64,000 nt of DNA from assembly GCA_049968315.1 (NCBI GenBank), contig JBMFRA010000001.1:62044-126043 (forward strand), written 5' to 3'. Each line of letters opens with the position of its first letter. Within the stretch, counting starts at the first letter, position 1. Made by a program: the position numbers and the translations under genes. Source of the DNA: Acidobacteriota bacterium. Lineage in GTDB: Bacteria > Acidobacteriota > UBA4820 > DSQY01. The notes beneath the pieces are model-generated. The model was not told where the DNA came from. It worked only from the letters and a program-made list of their open reading frames with translations, and searched no databases. Of this stretch, positions 9,728 through 18,998 are shown piece by piece.

Positions 9728-11277
9728 CCCCCCCCGACGAGAAGCCCACCGCCGAGGAAGGGACCCCCATTCCCGCAGAGCGGCAAGACCTGGAGACGCT
9801 CTACAGGCTGGCGTACGTCGTCCACTCCTTCACGGACCTCCAGCCGCTTCTCGAGAACCTGGTGGACCTGGCCATCCAGCACCTCAACGCCGAACGGGGC
9901 GTCATCTTCCTCCTCAACCCCCAGGGGGAGCTCTACCCCACGGTGGCCCGCTCCCTCTACCCCGACGAGCTGGTGGACGTCCAGCGGGTGGCCCTCTCGG
10001 TGGTCCACGCCACCATGCGTTCCGGGGAGGGCATCCTCAGCGAGAACGCCCAGAGCGACCCGCGCTTCGAGAGCGAGAGCGCCATCCACTACAACATCCT
10101 CTCCGTTCTCTGCATGCCCCTGCAGTTCGCCGGGACGACCTTGGGGGCCCTCTACGTGGACCACGGCAAGCGACCGGGGGCCTTCACCGAGCGGGACCAT
10201 AAGTTCCTCAAGTCCTTCGTGGACCTGGCCTCCTCGGCCATCAAGTCCGCCCAGGAGAAGGAGACCTACCGTCTGGAGAACACCTACCTGCGGCAGATGG
10301 CCTCCCAGGAGAAGGGCTTTCCCGAGATCATCTCCAACTCCCCCAAGATCATCTCCATCCTCGAGACGGTGGACCTGGTGGCGGCCAGCAACGTCTCGGT
10401 GCTGGTGGTGGGGGAGAGCGGCACGGGGAAGGAACTCATCGCCCGGGCCATCCACTTCAAGTCCGCCCGCCGGGAGAAGAAGTTCGTCGCCCAGAACTGC
10501 GCCTCCCTTCCCGAATCCCTGCTGGAGAGCGAGCTCTTCGGGTACAAGAAGGGCTCCTACACCGGCGCCAGCCACGACAAGCCGGGACTCTTCGAGGTGG
10601 CCGACGGGGGGACCCTCTTCCTCGACGAGATCGGGGACCTCTCCCTCTCCTCCCAGGCCAAGATCCTGAGGGCCCTTCAGGAAGGGGAGATCCGCCGCCT
10701 GGGCGACAACAAGCCCAGGAAGGTGGACGTGCGCATCCTCTCCGCCACCAACAAGGACCTCCAGGAACAGATCCAGAAGGGCCTCTTCCGCGAGGACCTC
10801 TTCTACCGCCTCAACGTCGTCACCATCAAGCTGCCGCCACTGCGGGACCGAAAGGAGGACATTCCCCTCCTGGCCCGCCACTTCCTCACCTTCTACGGCT
10901 CCCGGATGGGACGCCGCCACATGGGCTTCGAGAAGGAGGCGCTGGAGATGCTCTGCGCCTACGCCTGGCCGGGGAACGTCCGCCAGCTCAAGAACGAGAT
11001 GGAGCGCCTGGCCATCCTTCTGGGGGACGGCGAGACGGTGGCCCCCGTCCACCTCTCGGAGGTGATCCAGCAGGCGGCGGTCCTGGGGGGTGCCGCCGGC
11101 GGCGCCGCCCGTCTCAGGGATTCCCTGGAGGCCATCCAGCGGAAGATGCTCCTCGAGGCGCTCCAGAAGTACCACTGGAACAAGACCCGGGCCGCGGAGG
11201 AGCTTGGGGTCACCCGGCGGGGGCTCATCAAGATGATCGAACGCTTCGACCTGGACCGCCGCCGGCGGCCCCGCTGA
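9724..11277 (+). CDS. GAF-domain sigma-54-dependent transcriptional activator (Fis-type HTH)
   Basis: GAF-like N-terminus, GESGTGKE, ESELFGYKKGSYTGA, LFLDEIG, WPGNVRQL and a C-terminal HTH. Confidence 0.93.
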   Translation: MTPPDEKPTAEEGTPIPAERQDLETLYRLAYVVHSFTDLQPLLENLVDLAIQHLNAERGVIFLLNPQGELYPTVARSLYPDELVDVQRVALSVVHATMRSGEGILSENAQSDPRFESESAIHYNILSVLCMPLQFAGTTLGALYVDHGKRPGAFTERDHKFLKSFVDLASSAIKSAQEKETYRLENTYLRQMASQEKGFPEIISNSPKIISILETVDLVAASNVSVLVVGESGTGKELIARAIHFKSARREKKFVAQNCASLPESLLESELFGYKKGSYTGASHDKPGLFEVADGGTLFLDEIGDLSLSSQAKILRALQEGEIRRLGDNKPRKVDVRILSATNKDLQEQIQKGLFREDLFYRLNVVTIKLPPLRDRKEDIPLLARHFLTFYGSRMGRRHMGFEKEALEMLCAYAWPGNVRQLKNEMERLAILLGDGETVAPVHLSEVIQQAAVLGGAAGGAARLRDSLEAIQRKMLLEALQKYHWNKTRAAEELGVTRRGLIKMIERFDLDRRRRPR

Positions 11278-11296
11278 CGGGAGAGGTGAGGCCAGC

Positions 11297-11893
11297 GTGC
11301 TTCGCAAAGGCATCCTCAACCTGCCCAACCTCCTGACCGCCTTCCGGATCTTCCTGGTTCCGCTGGTGGTGGTGGTGCTCCTCACGGAGTTCCAGTTCGA
11401 ACGCTGGTTCTTCGTCACCCGGGAGGCCCTGGCGGTGGGCCTCTTCCTGGTGGCGTCCCTCACCGACCTTCTGGACGGTTACCTGGCCCGGCGGCGGGGG
11501 GAGGTGACGACCCTGGGGCAGCTCCTGGACCCCATCGCCGACAAACTGCTCGTTTCCTCGGTCCTCATCTCCTTGGTGGAGATGCAGCTCGTCCCCGCCT
11601 GGGTGGTGGTGGTCATTGTGGGCCGGGAGTTTTCGGTGACGGGCCTCCGGATGATCGCCGCCCTAAACCGGGTGCTGATCCCCGCGGGGCGCCTGGGAAA
11701 GTGGAAGATGGTGGTGGAGGTCATCGCCATCTGCTTTATCATCTGGGGCAACCAGAAGGAATGGGACTGGGTCCTCCTCACGGGGCGCTGGCTCCTCTAC
11801 CTCGTGGCGGCGGTGGCCCTCGTCTCCCTGGCCGAATACTTCATCCAGTTCTCCCGGCGGATCGACCTCTTCCCCGGCGGGAAGGGACCGTGA
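11297..11893 (+). CDS. pgsA: CDP-diacylglycerol--glycerol-3-phosphate 3-phosphatidyltransferase
   Basis: NLPNLLT and DLLDGYLARR...GQLLDPIADK motifs. Confidence 0.9.
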   Translation: MLRKGILNLPNLLTAFRIFLVPLVVVVLLTEFQFERWFFVTREALAVGLFLVASLTDLLDGYLARRRGEVTTLGQLLDPIADKLLVSSVLISLVEMQLVPAWVVVVIVGREFSVTGLRMIAALNRVLIPAGRLGKWKMVVEVIAICFIIWGNQKEWDWVLLTGRWLLYLVAAVALVSLAEYFIQFSRRIDLFPGGKGP

Positions 11894-11930
11894 AGAGACG
11901 CCCGAACACCGGCATAAAGGAAGGCGGGCT

Positions 11931-14504
11931 TTGAGGGAGACCCTTCTGGCCCGCCTCGCCCTCTTCTGCGCCCGCCACCACCGGGCGGTCTTCACCGTGG
12001 CGGTGCTCTTCGCCCTCCTGGCGGCGTCGGTCTTCGTCTTCAAGCCGGTGAGGATCGAGTCGGACGTCCTGGACCTCCTTCCCCGGAAGAACCCGGCGGT
12101 GCGGGATTTCCGGGAGGCCACGGAGGATTTCAAGAGCCTCGACTACCTCTTCGTCCTCCTGGAGACCCGGGATCCGGAGAACCGGCCCATCGGCGACTAC
12201 GAGCCGGTGGCCGACGCCCTGGTGGAGGGCCTCAAGCAGACGGGCCTGGTGGAGGGGGTGGAGTACCGCCTCCAGGACTTCGAGCCGGCCATCGAAGCCC
12301 TGCTTCCCTACACCCTCCTGTACCTTCCGCCCTCGGCCCTGCCCGCGGTGGAGCAGCGCTTCTCCGACGCCGCCATCGCCCAACAGGTGGAAGCCAACCG
12401 GAAGCTCCTCTCCAACCCGGCCTCGCTGGTGACCAAGGACCTGGTCCAACTCGATCCCTTCGGCCTCCTGCCGGTCCTCAAGAACCACTTCGCCGGCAAG
12501 ACGCGAAGGCTGAAGGTGGACCTCTCGGACGGCTACTACGTCTCGGTGGACGGGAAGGCCCTCCTGCTCATCGTGCGCCCCAAGCGTCCGGCCCAGGACA
12601 TCCCCTTCGGCCGGAGGCTCATGGCGGAGGTGCGGCGGGTGGAGGGGGAGGTCCGGCGGGAATTCCAGGAGGACGATCCCCAGGCGATGGATGCCCTCGC
12701 CATCCGGTACGGGGGCGGCTACGCCATCGCCCAGGACGACGCCGACCTCATCCGGCGGGACGCCGTCGTCAACACCGCCGTCTCCGCCGTCCTCGTCCTC
12801 ACGGTCTTCCTCCTCGCCTTCCGGAGGAAGAGCGCGCTGGCCTACGGGTGGGTCCCCCTCGTCCTGGGCATCTTCCTGACCTTCGCCGTCGCCCACCTGC
12901 TGGGCATCCGGCTCAACAGCGCCACCGCCGGTTTCGCCGCCCTCCTCATCGGCCTCGGCATCGACTTCGCCACGGTCCTCTACGGGAGGTACGTGGAGGA
13001 ACGGAACGGGGGCCGGACGCTGGAGGAGGCCCTCCAGACCGCCATGGGGAAGACGGGGACCGGGGTGCTGGTGGGAGCCGTCACCACCGCCTGCACCTTC
13101 GGCGCCATGGTGGTGACGGAGTTCGAGGGGATGCGCCAGGTGGGGATCTTCACCGCCGCCGGCATCCTGCTGGCCGCCCTCACCGTCTTCACCCTCCTGC
13201 CCGCCATGCTGCAGTTCCACGAGCTCCACAAGCAAAGGCGGGAGGAGGAGCCCACCTTCCACATGCACGCCTTCTGGCTGGACGCCCTGGGCCGGTTCAG
13301 CGCCCGGCACCCGGGGCGGGTCCTCGCCGGGGCACTCTTGGGGACGGCGGTGATGGCCCTCCTCGCCACGGGGATAAAGCTCGACGAAAACATCAAGAAC
13401 CTGAGGAGCGAGCGCAACGAGGGCCTCCGCACGACCCGGGAGATCGGCGACCGCTTCGGGGCTTCCCTCACCTACATGATGGTCCTCCTGGAGGGATCCT
13501 CCCCCGAAGAGGTCCTGGAGAAGGCCGACCGGGCCGCCGAGGCGGTCCAGCCCTATCTCCGCTCGGGGGACATCCTCTTCGCCGACAGCCCCTCGGCCTA
13601 CGTTCCGCCGCCGGAGCGCCAGCGGGCGGTGATCGAGGCGATACGGTCCCACCCCGAGGCCTTTTCCTTTCCGAGGGTCCGGGAGGCCTTCCTCCGCGCC
13701 TGCCGGCGGGAGGGCTTCGACCCCGCCTTCTTTGCCCACTACCTCGAGGCCCTGGAGCGCATGCTGGAACCGCGGCGTCCCTTCACCTTCGAGGAGGCCC
13801 TCCGAACGCCGCTGCGGCCCCTGCTGGAGAAGTTCGTCGTCGAAAAGGCACCGGGCCATTACCGGGGTGTGGTGTACCTGTACGTTTCGGAGGAGTACCG
13901 CCGGGTGGAACCCCGGGGGCTCACGGAGGCGGTCCAGGCGGCGGTCCCCGGTGCCCGGCTGGCCGGTGTGAACGTCTTCTCCACGGCCCTCCGGGAAACG
14001 ATCAAGCGGGACGCCCTGCTGGCCTTCCTGGTGGGGAACCTCGTGGTGGTCCTGATCGTCGCCCTGGACTTTCGGTCCCTGCGCCTGGGCCTCCTGGCCC
14101 TCGCCCCCCTGGTGGTGGCCCTGGTCTGGCTCCTCGGGGCCATGGTGCTCCTGGGCCAGCCCCTCAACCTGATGAACATCTTCGTGACGACCCTCATCCT
14201 GGGGATCGGCTCCGACTACGGCATCTATTTCGTCCACCGCCACGAGGAGCCCGACGGGCGGGACATGGACCGGGTGGTTCAGGAGGCCGGGTCTCCCATC
14301 GCCATCGCCGCGCTCACCACCATGGCCGGCTTCGGCTCCATGGTGACCTCCTCCTACCCCGGGCTGCGGAGCATCGGGTGGGTCTCCCTTCTTGGTACCG
14401 TCTTCAGCATGGTGGGGACCCTCACGGTGCTGGTGGCGGTCCTCACCCTCTGGGACCGCCGCCGGGCCCGGAAGGAGGGGGGGGCGGCCGGCGTTGAGCG
14501 GTAA
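11931..14504 (+). CDS. MMPL/RND family lipid exporter
   Basis: Two repeats of TM, large loop and multi-TM block; GLGIDF and GIGSDYGI motifs. Confidence 0.88.
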   Translation: MRETLLARLALFCARHHRAVFTVAVLFALLAASVFVFKPVRIESDVLDLLPRKNPAVRDFREATEDFKSLDYLFVLLETRDPENRPIGDYEPVADALVEGLKQTGLVEGVEYRLQDFEPAIEALLPYTLLYLPPSALPAVEQRFSDAAIAQQVEANRKLLSNPASLVTKDLVQLDPFGLLPVLKNHFAGKTRRLKVDLSDGYYVSVDGKALLLIVRPKRPAQDIPFGRRLMAEVRRVEGEVRREFQEDDPQAMDALAIRYGGGYAIAQDDADLIRRDAVVNTAVSAVLVLTVFLLAFRRKSALAYGWVPLVLGIFLTFAVAHLLGIRLNSATAGFAALLIGLGIDFATVLYGRYVEERNGGRTLEEALQTAMGKTGTGVLVGAVTTACTFGAMVVTEFEGMRQVGIFTAAGILLAALTVFTLLPAMLQFHELHKQRREEEPTFHMHAFWLDALGRFSARHPGRVLAGALLGTAVMALLATGIKLDENIKNLRSERNEGLRTTREIGDRFGASLTYMMVLLEGSSPEEVLEKADRAAEAVQPYLRSGDILFADSPSAYVPPPERQRAVIEAIRSHPEAFSFPRVREAFLRACRREGFDPAFFAHYLEALERMLEPRRPFTFEEALRTPLRPLLEKFVVEKAPGHYRGVVYLYVSEEYRRVEPRGLTEAVQAAVPGARLAGVNVFSTALRETIKRDALLAFLVGNLVVVLIVALDFRSLRLGLLALAPLVVALVWLLGAMVLLGQPLNLMNIFVTTLILGIGSDYGIYFVHRHEEPDGRDMDRVVQEAGSPIAIAALTTMAGFGSMVTSSYPGLRSIGWVSLLGTVFSMVGTLTVLVAVLTLWDRRRARKEGGAAGVER

Positions 14505-14538
14505 GGGGCGAAGGGGTAGAGTGGCCTCGGTGGTGTCC

Positions 14539-15381
14539 ATGGACCCGGTGACCGTCAAGCACGAACGGTTGAAGGACCTCCTCGGAGCGCTGGAGGGAGG
14601 GGCGCTGGTGGCCTTCTCCGGAGGCGCCGACTCGGCCCTCCTCCTCCACCGGGCGGCATCCTTTGCCCCCCGGCCCGTGGTGGCCGCCACCGCCGACACC
14701 CCCACCCTTCCCCGCTCCGAACTCCAGCAGGCCAAGGCCTTCGCGGCGGCCCTGGGCCTCCGCCACCTCCTCCTGGCCACCGGGGAGACGGAGGACCCCA
14801 GGTTCCTCGCCAACGACGAACGGCGCTGCTATTACTGCAAGGAGGCCCTCTTCAAGGCCATGGAGCGGGCGGGAAGGGAGGTGGGCGCCCGGTGGCTCCT
14901 CTTCGGAGCCATCGCCGACGACCTGGGGGACTTCCGGCCCGGCATGGAGGCCGCCCGGGCCGCCGGAGCCCGGGCGCCCCTCCTGGAGGCGGGGTTCACC
15001 AAGGCCGAGGTGCGGGAACTCTCCCGCCGGCTGGGGCTGCCTACCTGGGACAAGCCGCAGGCCGCCTGCCTCTCCTCCCGGTTTCCCACCGGGGTCCCCA
15101 TCGCCGTGGAGACCCTGGGGCGGGTGGAGGCCGGGGAGGAGCTCCTGAAGTCGTTGGGATTCCGGCAGTGCCGGGCCCGTCTCTTCGGGGAGGGGGTGCG
15201 GCTGGAGGTGGAGGGGGAGGAGGTGGAGCGTGCCGCCGCGCCGGCGGTCCGCCGCTGCCTGGTGGAGGGCTTCAAAGCCCTGGGCTTCCGTTTCGTGACC
15301 CTGGACCTGGAGGGCTTCCGCTCGGGAAGCACCGGTCCTTCTATGGAGGAAAGCCCCCATGGGTTCCGTGGGAACACCTGA
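14539..15381 (+). CDS. larE: LarE-family ATP-dependent sulfur transferase
   Basis: PP-loop AFSGGADS, RCYYCK, DDLGDFRPG, WDKPQAACLSSR and LDLEGFRSG motifs. Confidence 0.9.
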   Translation: MDPVTVKHERLKDLLGALEGGALVAFSGGADSALLLHRAASFAPRPVVAATADTPTLPRSELQQAKAFAAALGLRHLLLATGETEDPRFLANDERRCYYCKEALFKAMERAGREVGARWLLFGAIADDLGDFRPGMEAARAAGARAPLLEAGFTKAEVRELSRRLGLPTWDKPQAACLSSRFPTGVPIAVETLGRVEAGEELLKSLGFRQCRARLFGEGVRLEVEGEEVERAAAPAVRRCLVEGFKALGFRFVTLDLEGFRSGSTGPSMEESPHGFRGNT

Positions 15382-15676
15382 GATCCTTGTGGTCCTCCTC
15401 GTGGCGCTCCTCCTCTTCGGGCCCCAGAAGCTGCCCGAGCTGGGCCGCTCCCTGGCCAAGGCCATCAAGGAATTCAAGAGGGCGAGCGCCGAACTCCAGG
15501 AGACCATCGAACGGGAGGTGGAGGAGCTGAAGCAGGAGGGCCCGCCCGGCGGAACGGTGAAGCCCCTTCCCCGGGGGACCCTGCCGCCGCCGCCGCCCCG
15601 CCCGGCCGCCCCCCCTCCCGAGGCGTCGGCAGGGGCCGGGGAACTCTCTCCCGGGGAAAAGGGGGACCGGGAGTGA
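15359..15676 (+). CDS. tatA: Twin-arginine translocase TatA/TatB subunit
   Basis: TM helix followed by FGPQKLPELGRSL; lies directly before tatC. Confidence 0.88.
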   Translation: MGSVGTPEILVVLLVALLLFGPQKLPELGRSLAKAIKEFKRASAELQETIEREVEELKQEGPPGGTVKPLPRGTLPPPPPRPAAPPPEASAGAGELSPGEKGDRE

Positions 15677-16428
15677 ACGCCCCCAAGAGCCGGGGGGAGA
15701 TGACCTTCCTGGAGCACTTCGAGGAGCTCCGGACGAGGATCACCCGCGCCCTTCTGGGCCTGGTGGTGGCCTTCGCCGCCGTGGTTCCCTTCATGGACCG
15801 TGTGGTGAAGGTCCTGGTGGAGCCCTACTACCGCTACCTGCCCGAGGGCCAGAAGAGCCTGGCCTACACGCAGGTGACGGAGATCTTCTTCGTGTACATG
15901 AAGGTCGCCATGGTCCTGGCGGTGGTCCTGGCGGCCCCTTGGATCTTCTACCAGCTCTGGGCCTTCATCGCCCCGGGCCTCAAGCCCCAGGAGAAGCGCT
16001 GGGCCATTCCCTTCGTACTCGCCACCTCGTTCTTCTTCGTGGCGGGTGTGGTCTTCTGCTACTTCGTGGTCCTGCCCCTCACCTTCCGCTTCTTCTTCCA
16101 GTTCAACGAGGGCTTCACCAACGTCGTCACCGTGTCGTACTTCTGGAACTTCGAGCTGGTCTTCCTGCTGGCCCTCGGCCTCGTCTTCGAGACCCCCGTC
16201 CTCATCTTCCTCCTCACCCGCCTGGGGGTGGTCTCCACCGCATTCCTCGCCAAGAACTTCAAGTGGGCCGTCCTCATCGCCTTCATCGTGGCGGCGGTGA
16301 TCACCCCCTCGGGGGATCCGGTCACCCAGACGGCGGTGGCCGGCCCCATGGTGGTCCTGTACGGCCTGGGGATTCTCATCTCCTTCGCCTTCCGCAAGCG
16401 GTCCACCCCCGAAGCCGGCGGAGTGTGA
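15673..16428 (+). CDS. tatC: Twin-arginine translocase TatC
   Basis: MTFLEHFEELR, WAFIAPGL, FETP and ITPSGD motifs. Confidence 0.95.
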   Translation: MNAPKSRGEMTFLEHFEELRTRITRALLGLVVAFAAVVPFMDRVVKVLVEPYYRYLPEGQKSLAYTQVTEIFFVYMKVAMVLAVVLAAPWIFYQLWAFIAPGLKPQEKRWAIPFVLATSFFFVAGVVFCYFVVLPLTFRFFFQFNEGFTNVVTVSYFWNFELVFLLALGLVFETPVLIFLLTRLGVVSTAFLAKNFKWAVLIAFIVAAVITPSGDPVTQTAVAGPMVVLYGLGILISFAFRKRSTPEAGGV

Positions 16429-16564
16429 GGGAAGGCGCTTTCCCGGAACGGGGGGATTTCCGCCTTCCATCCCCCTGTGGTAGGATTTCCGTAAGAGAGC
16501 GGGAAGATCGGGGTCCGTCGGCACGTTCCTGGCGGGAGGGGATGGCGGCGCGGTCCGCGGGGAG

Positions 16565-17290
16565 GTGCAGGTGAAGGCGACGGCGGTTCTCAGGGAGCCC
16601 GAACTGACGGAATTTCGAAAGGCCCTCAAGGCCTTCGCCGGAGGAGAAGCCAGGCTCTCCACCTTCGGAAGCGACCTGGAGGCCATCCAGGCGGTGTACA
16701 TCGAGGGGATGCCCCAGGTTCTCGTGGTGGACCTGGACCTGGAGAGCGTCATCGGCCTGGAGTTCATCCGGACCTTCAAGACCCAGGGGGGCTTCGAGGG
16801 GCTTCCCGTCTTCGTCGTCTCCTCCGCCGACCGCCGGATGGAGGCCTACGACGCCCAGGCGGCGGTCTGCCTCGTGAGACCGGTCTTGGCGGGGCGGTTC
16901 CTGGAGGCCCTCAAGGCCTTCTGTGCCTCCGCCGCCGCTCCGGAGGCCCCGCCGGCCAAAGCCCCTCCGCCGAAGTTCGAGGGGCCCGAGACCCGGAGAG
17001 CCTCCCGAAAGCCCCTGCAGACCGCCTGCATCGTCGCGACGGCGGGGCAGAAGCTCAAGGGGCTCCTCAAGGACATCTCCCTGAGCGGCGCCCGGATCGA
17101 AGTGAACGGGAAGCTGGAGCAGGGGGACCTCATCACCCTGATCATCGGCGTGCCCGGCACCGTTCCCCTGAAGGTGGTGGAGTTCAAGGCGCGGGTGGTG
17201 AGACAGACGGGCCAGGGCTACGGCCTCGCCTTCCGCCAGATGGACCCCGACACCCGGACCTTCGTGCAGGCCTATACCCAGAAGGAGTGA
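16565..17290 (+). CDS. Receiver-like domain plus PilZ domain protein
   Basis: VLVVDLDL receiver core, Pro/Ala linker, and PilZ motifs RRASR and DISLSG. Confidence 0.78.
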   Translation: MQVKATAVLREPELTEFRKALKAFAGGEARLSTFGSDLEAIQAVYIEGMPQVLVVDLDLESVIGLEFIRTFKTQGGFEGLPVFVVSSADRRMEAYDAQAAVCLVRPVLAGRFLEALKAFCASAAAPEAPPAKAPPPKFEGPETRRASRKPLQTACIVATAGQKLKGLLKDISLSGARIEVNGKLEQGDLITLIIGVPGTVPLKVVEFKARVVRQTGQGYGLAFRQMDPDTRTFVQAYTQKE

Positions 17291-17299
17291 CCGAAGGGC

Positions 17300-18982
17300 C
17301 TACCCCAGGGCCATTCGGAGCAGTTCCCGGGCGTGGGTGACGGCCGTTTCGGTCACCGTCTCTCCCGCCAGCATCCGGGCCAACTCGTGAAGGCGCGCCT
17401 CCCCGCCCAGGAGGGAGGCCCGGACCGTGGTGCGGCCGCCCCGGGTCTCCTTGCGGACGAGGATGTGGTGGTGGGCGAAGGCGGCGATCTGGGGGAGGTG
17501 GGTGATGCAGAGGACCTGGCGCCTCCCCCCCAGCTCCCGGAGGCGGCGCCCCACCCGCTCCGCCGGCCTGCCGCCGATGCCGGCGTCCACCTCGTCGAAG
17601 ACGAGGGTCTCGGGGCCCACGGCGGCTCCTTCGGTGAGCACCGCCAGGTAGGTTCGGCTGAGCTCTCCGCCGGAGGCCACCTTGGAGAGGGGCTTCAGCG
17701 GTTCGCCGGGGTTGGCGGAGAAGAGGAAGCGGACCTCCTCCTGGCCCCAGGGGGCGGCATCGGCGGGGGAGAGCAGGGGGCGTGTCCGCCGTTCCACCTC
17801 GAAACGGGCCTTCTCCAGGGCCAGGGGCTTCAGGGCCTCGGTCACCCTCTTTGCGAAGAGGGGGGCGGCGGCGGCCCGGGCCTCCGAGAGGCCATGGGCC
17901 GCCTCCCGGTACCGCGCGAAGGCCGCTTCCACCGCTTCCGCGGCGGCCGCTTCGGAGGTGGCGCCACCGGAGAGGATCGCCGCCTCCTCCCCGAAGGCCC
18001 GGCGTTTCTCCAGGACCTCTTGGAGGGATGGGCCGTAGCGCCGTTTGAGCCGGTCGAGGTCCTGAAGACGCTCCTCGACCCGTTCGAGGGCCGAGGGGTC
18101 GAAGGCTGTGTCGGAAGCGGTCCGCTCGGCCTCCGCCCCCACGGAGGCCATGACGGAGCTGGCCCCCTCCAGGTCCTTCAAGTACGGCTGCCAGGCAGGG
18201 TCCACCTCGCAGAGGCGCCTGAGGTGGCGGAGGGCCTCCCGGAGGAGGTGCCCCGCCGCCCCCTCCCCTCCGCCCAGGATGGAGGCGAGGCCCGCCGCCG
18301 CCTCGGCGATCTCCTCGGCGTGGCGCAGGCGGTCACGGGCCGCCAGCAGTTCCTCCTCCTCGCCTTCCCGGGGAGAGACGCGGTCGATCTCCGCCATCTT
18401 CTGGCGGAGCTCTTCCAGGCGCCGGGCCCGGTCGCTCTCGGAGCGGCGCAGGAAGTCGAGGCGGCGGACGGCCTCCTCCAGGAGGCGGTGGGCCTCCGCG
18501 GTCTCCCGGGCGTGGGGGGCCACTTCGGGGAGGGCGTCGAGGATCTCCCGCTGGCGGGCTTCGTCGGCGAGGTGCTGGCTCTGGTTCTGGCCGTGGATCT
18601 TCAGGAGGCGTCCCCCCACCTCCCGGAGGGAGGCCGCCGGGACCGCCGTCCCGTTGATGGCGGCCCCGCTCCGTCCTTCCCGCGGGATCCTTCGGAGCAG
18701 GCGGACCTCCCCGGAGAAGGGAATCCCGTGGGCCTCGAGGAGGCGCGCCAGGGCCTCCCCATCCTCGCTGGAGGGATGGAAGACCGCCTCCACCACGGCC
18801 TCCTTGGCGCCGTGCCGCACCATCTCCGGCTCGGCCCGTCCTCCGGCCACCTGCCCCAGGGCCTCCACCAGGATGGACTTCCCTGCGCCCGTCTCCCCGG
18901 TGAGCAGGGTGAGACCCTCCCCCAGGGAGAGGTCCAGGTCCTCCACCAGGGCGAAATCCTTCAGGCGAAGGGAACGGAGCAT
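17300..18982 (-). CDS. recN: DNA repair protein RecN
   Basis: TGETGAGKS, ASGGELSR, FDEVDAGIGG and ITHLPQIAA motifs. Confidence 0.96.
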   Translation of the reverse strand: MLRSLRLKDFALVEDLDLSLGEGLTLLTGETGAGKSILVEALGQVAGGRAEPEMVRHGAKEAVVEAVFHPSSEDGEALARLLEAHGIPFSGEVRLLRRIPREGRSGAAINGTAVPAASLREVGGRLLKIHGQNQSQHLADEARQREILDALPEVAPHARETAEAHRLLEEAVRRLDFLRRSESDRARRLEELRQKMAEIDRVSPREGEEEELLAARDRLRHAEEIAEAAAGLASILGGGEGAAGHLLREALRHLRRLCEVDPAWQPYLKDLEGASSVMASVGAEAERTASDTAFDPSALERVEERLQDLDRLKRRYGPSLQEVLEKRRAFGEEAAILSGGATSEAAAAEAVEAAFARYREAAHGLSEARAAAAPLFAKRVTEALKPLALEKARFEVERRTRPLLSPADAAPWGQEEVRFLFSANPGEPLKPLSKVASGGELSRTYLAVLTEGAAVGPETLVFDEVDAGIGGRPAERVGRRLRELGGRRQVLCITHLPQIAAFAHHHILVRKETRGGRTTVRASLLGGEARLHELARMLAGETVTETAVTHARELLRMALG

Positions 18983-18998
18983 GGGGACCGGTGCGCCG

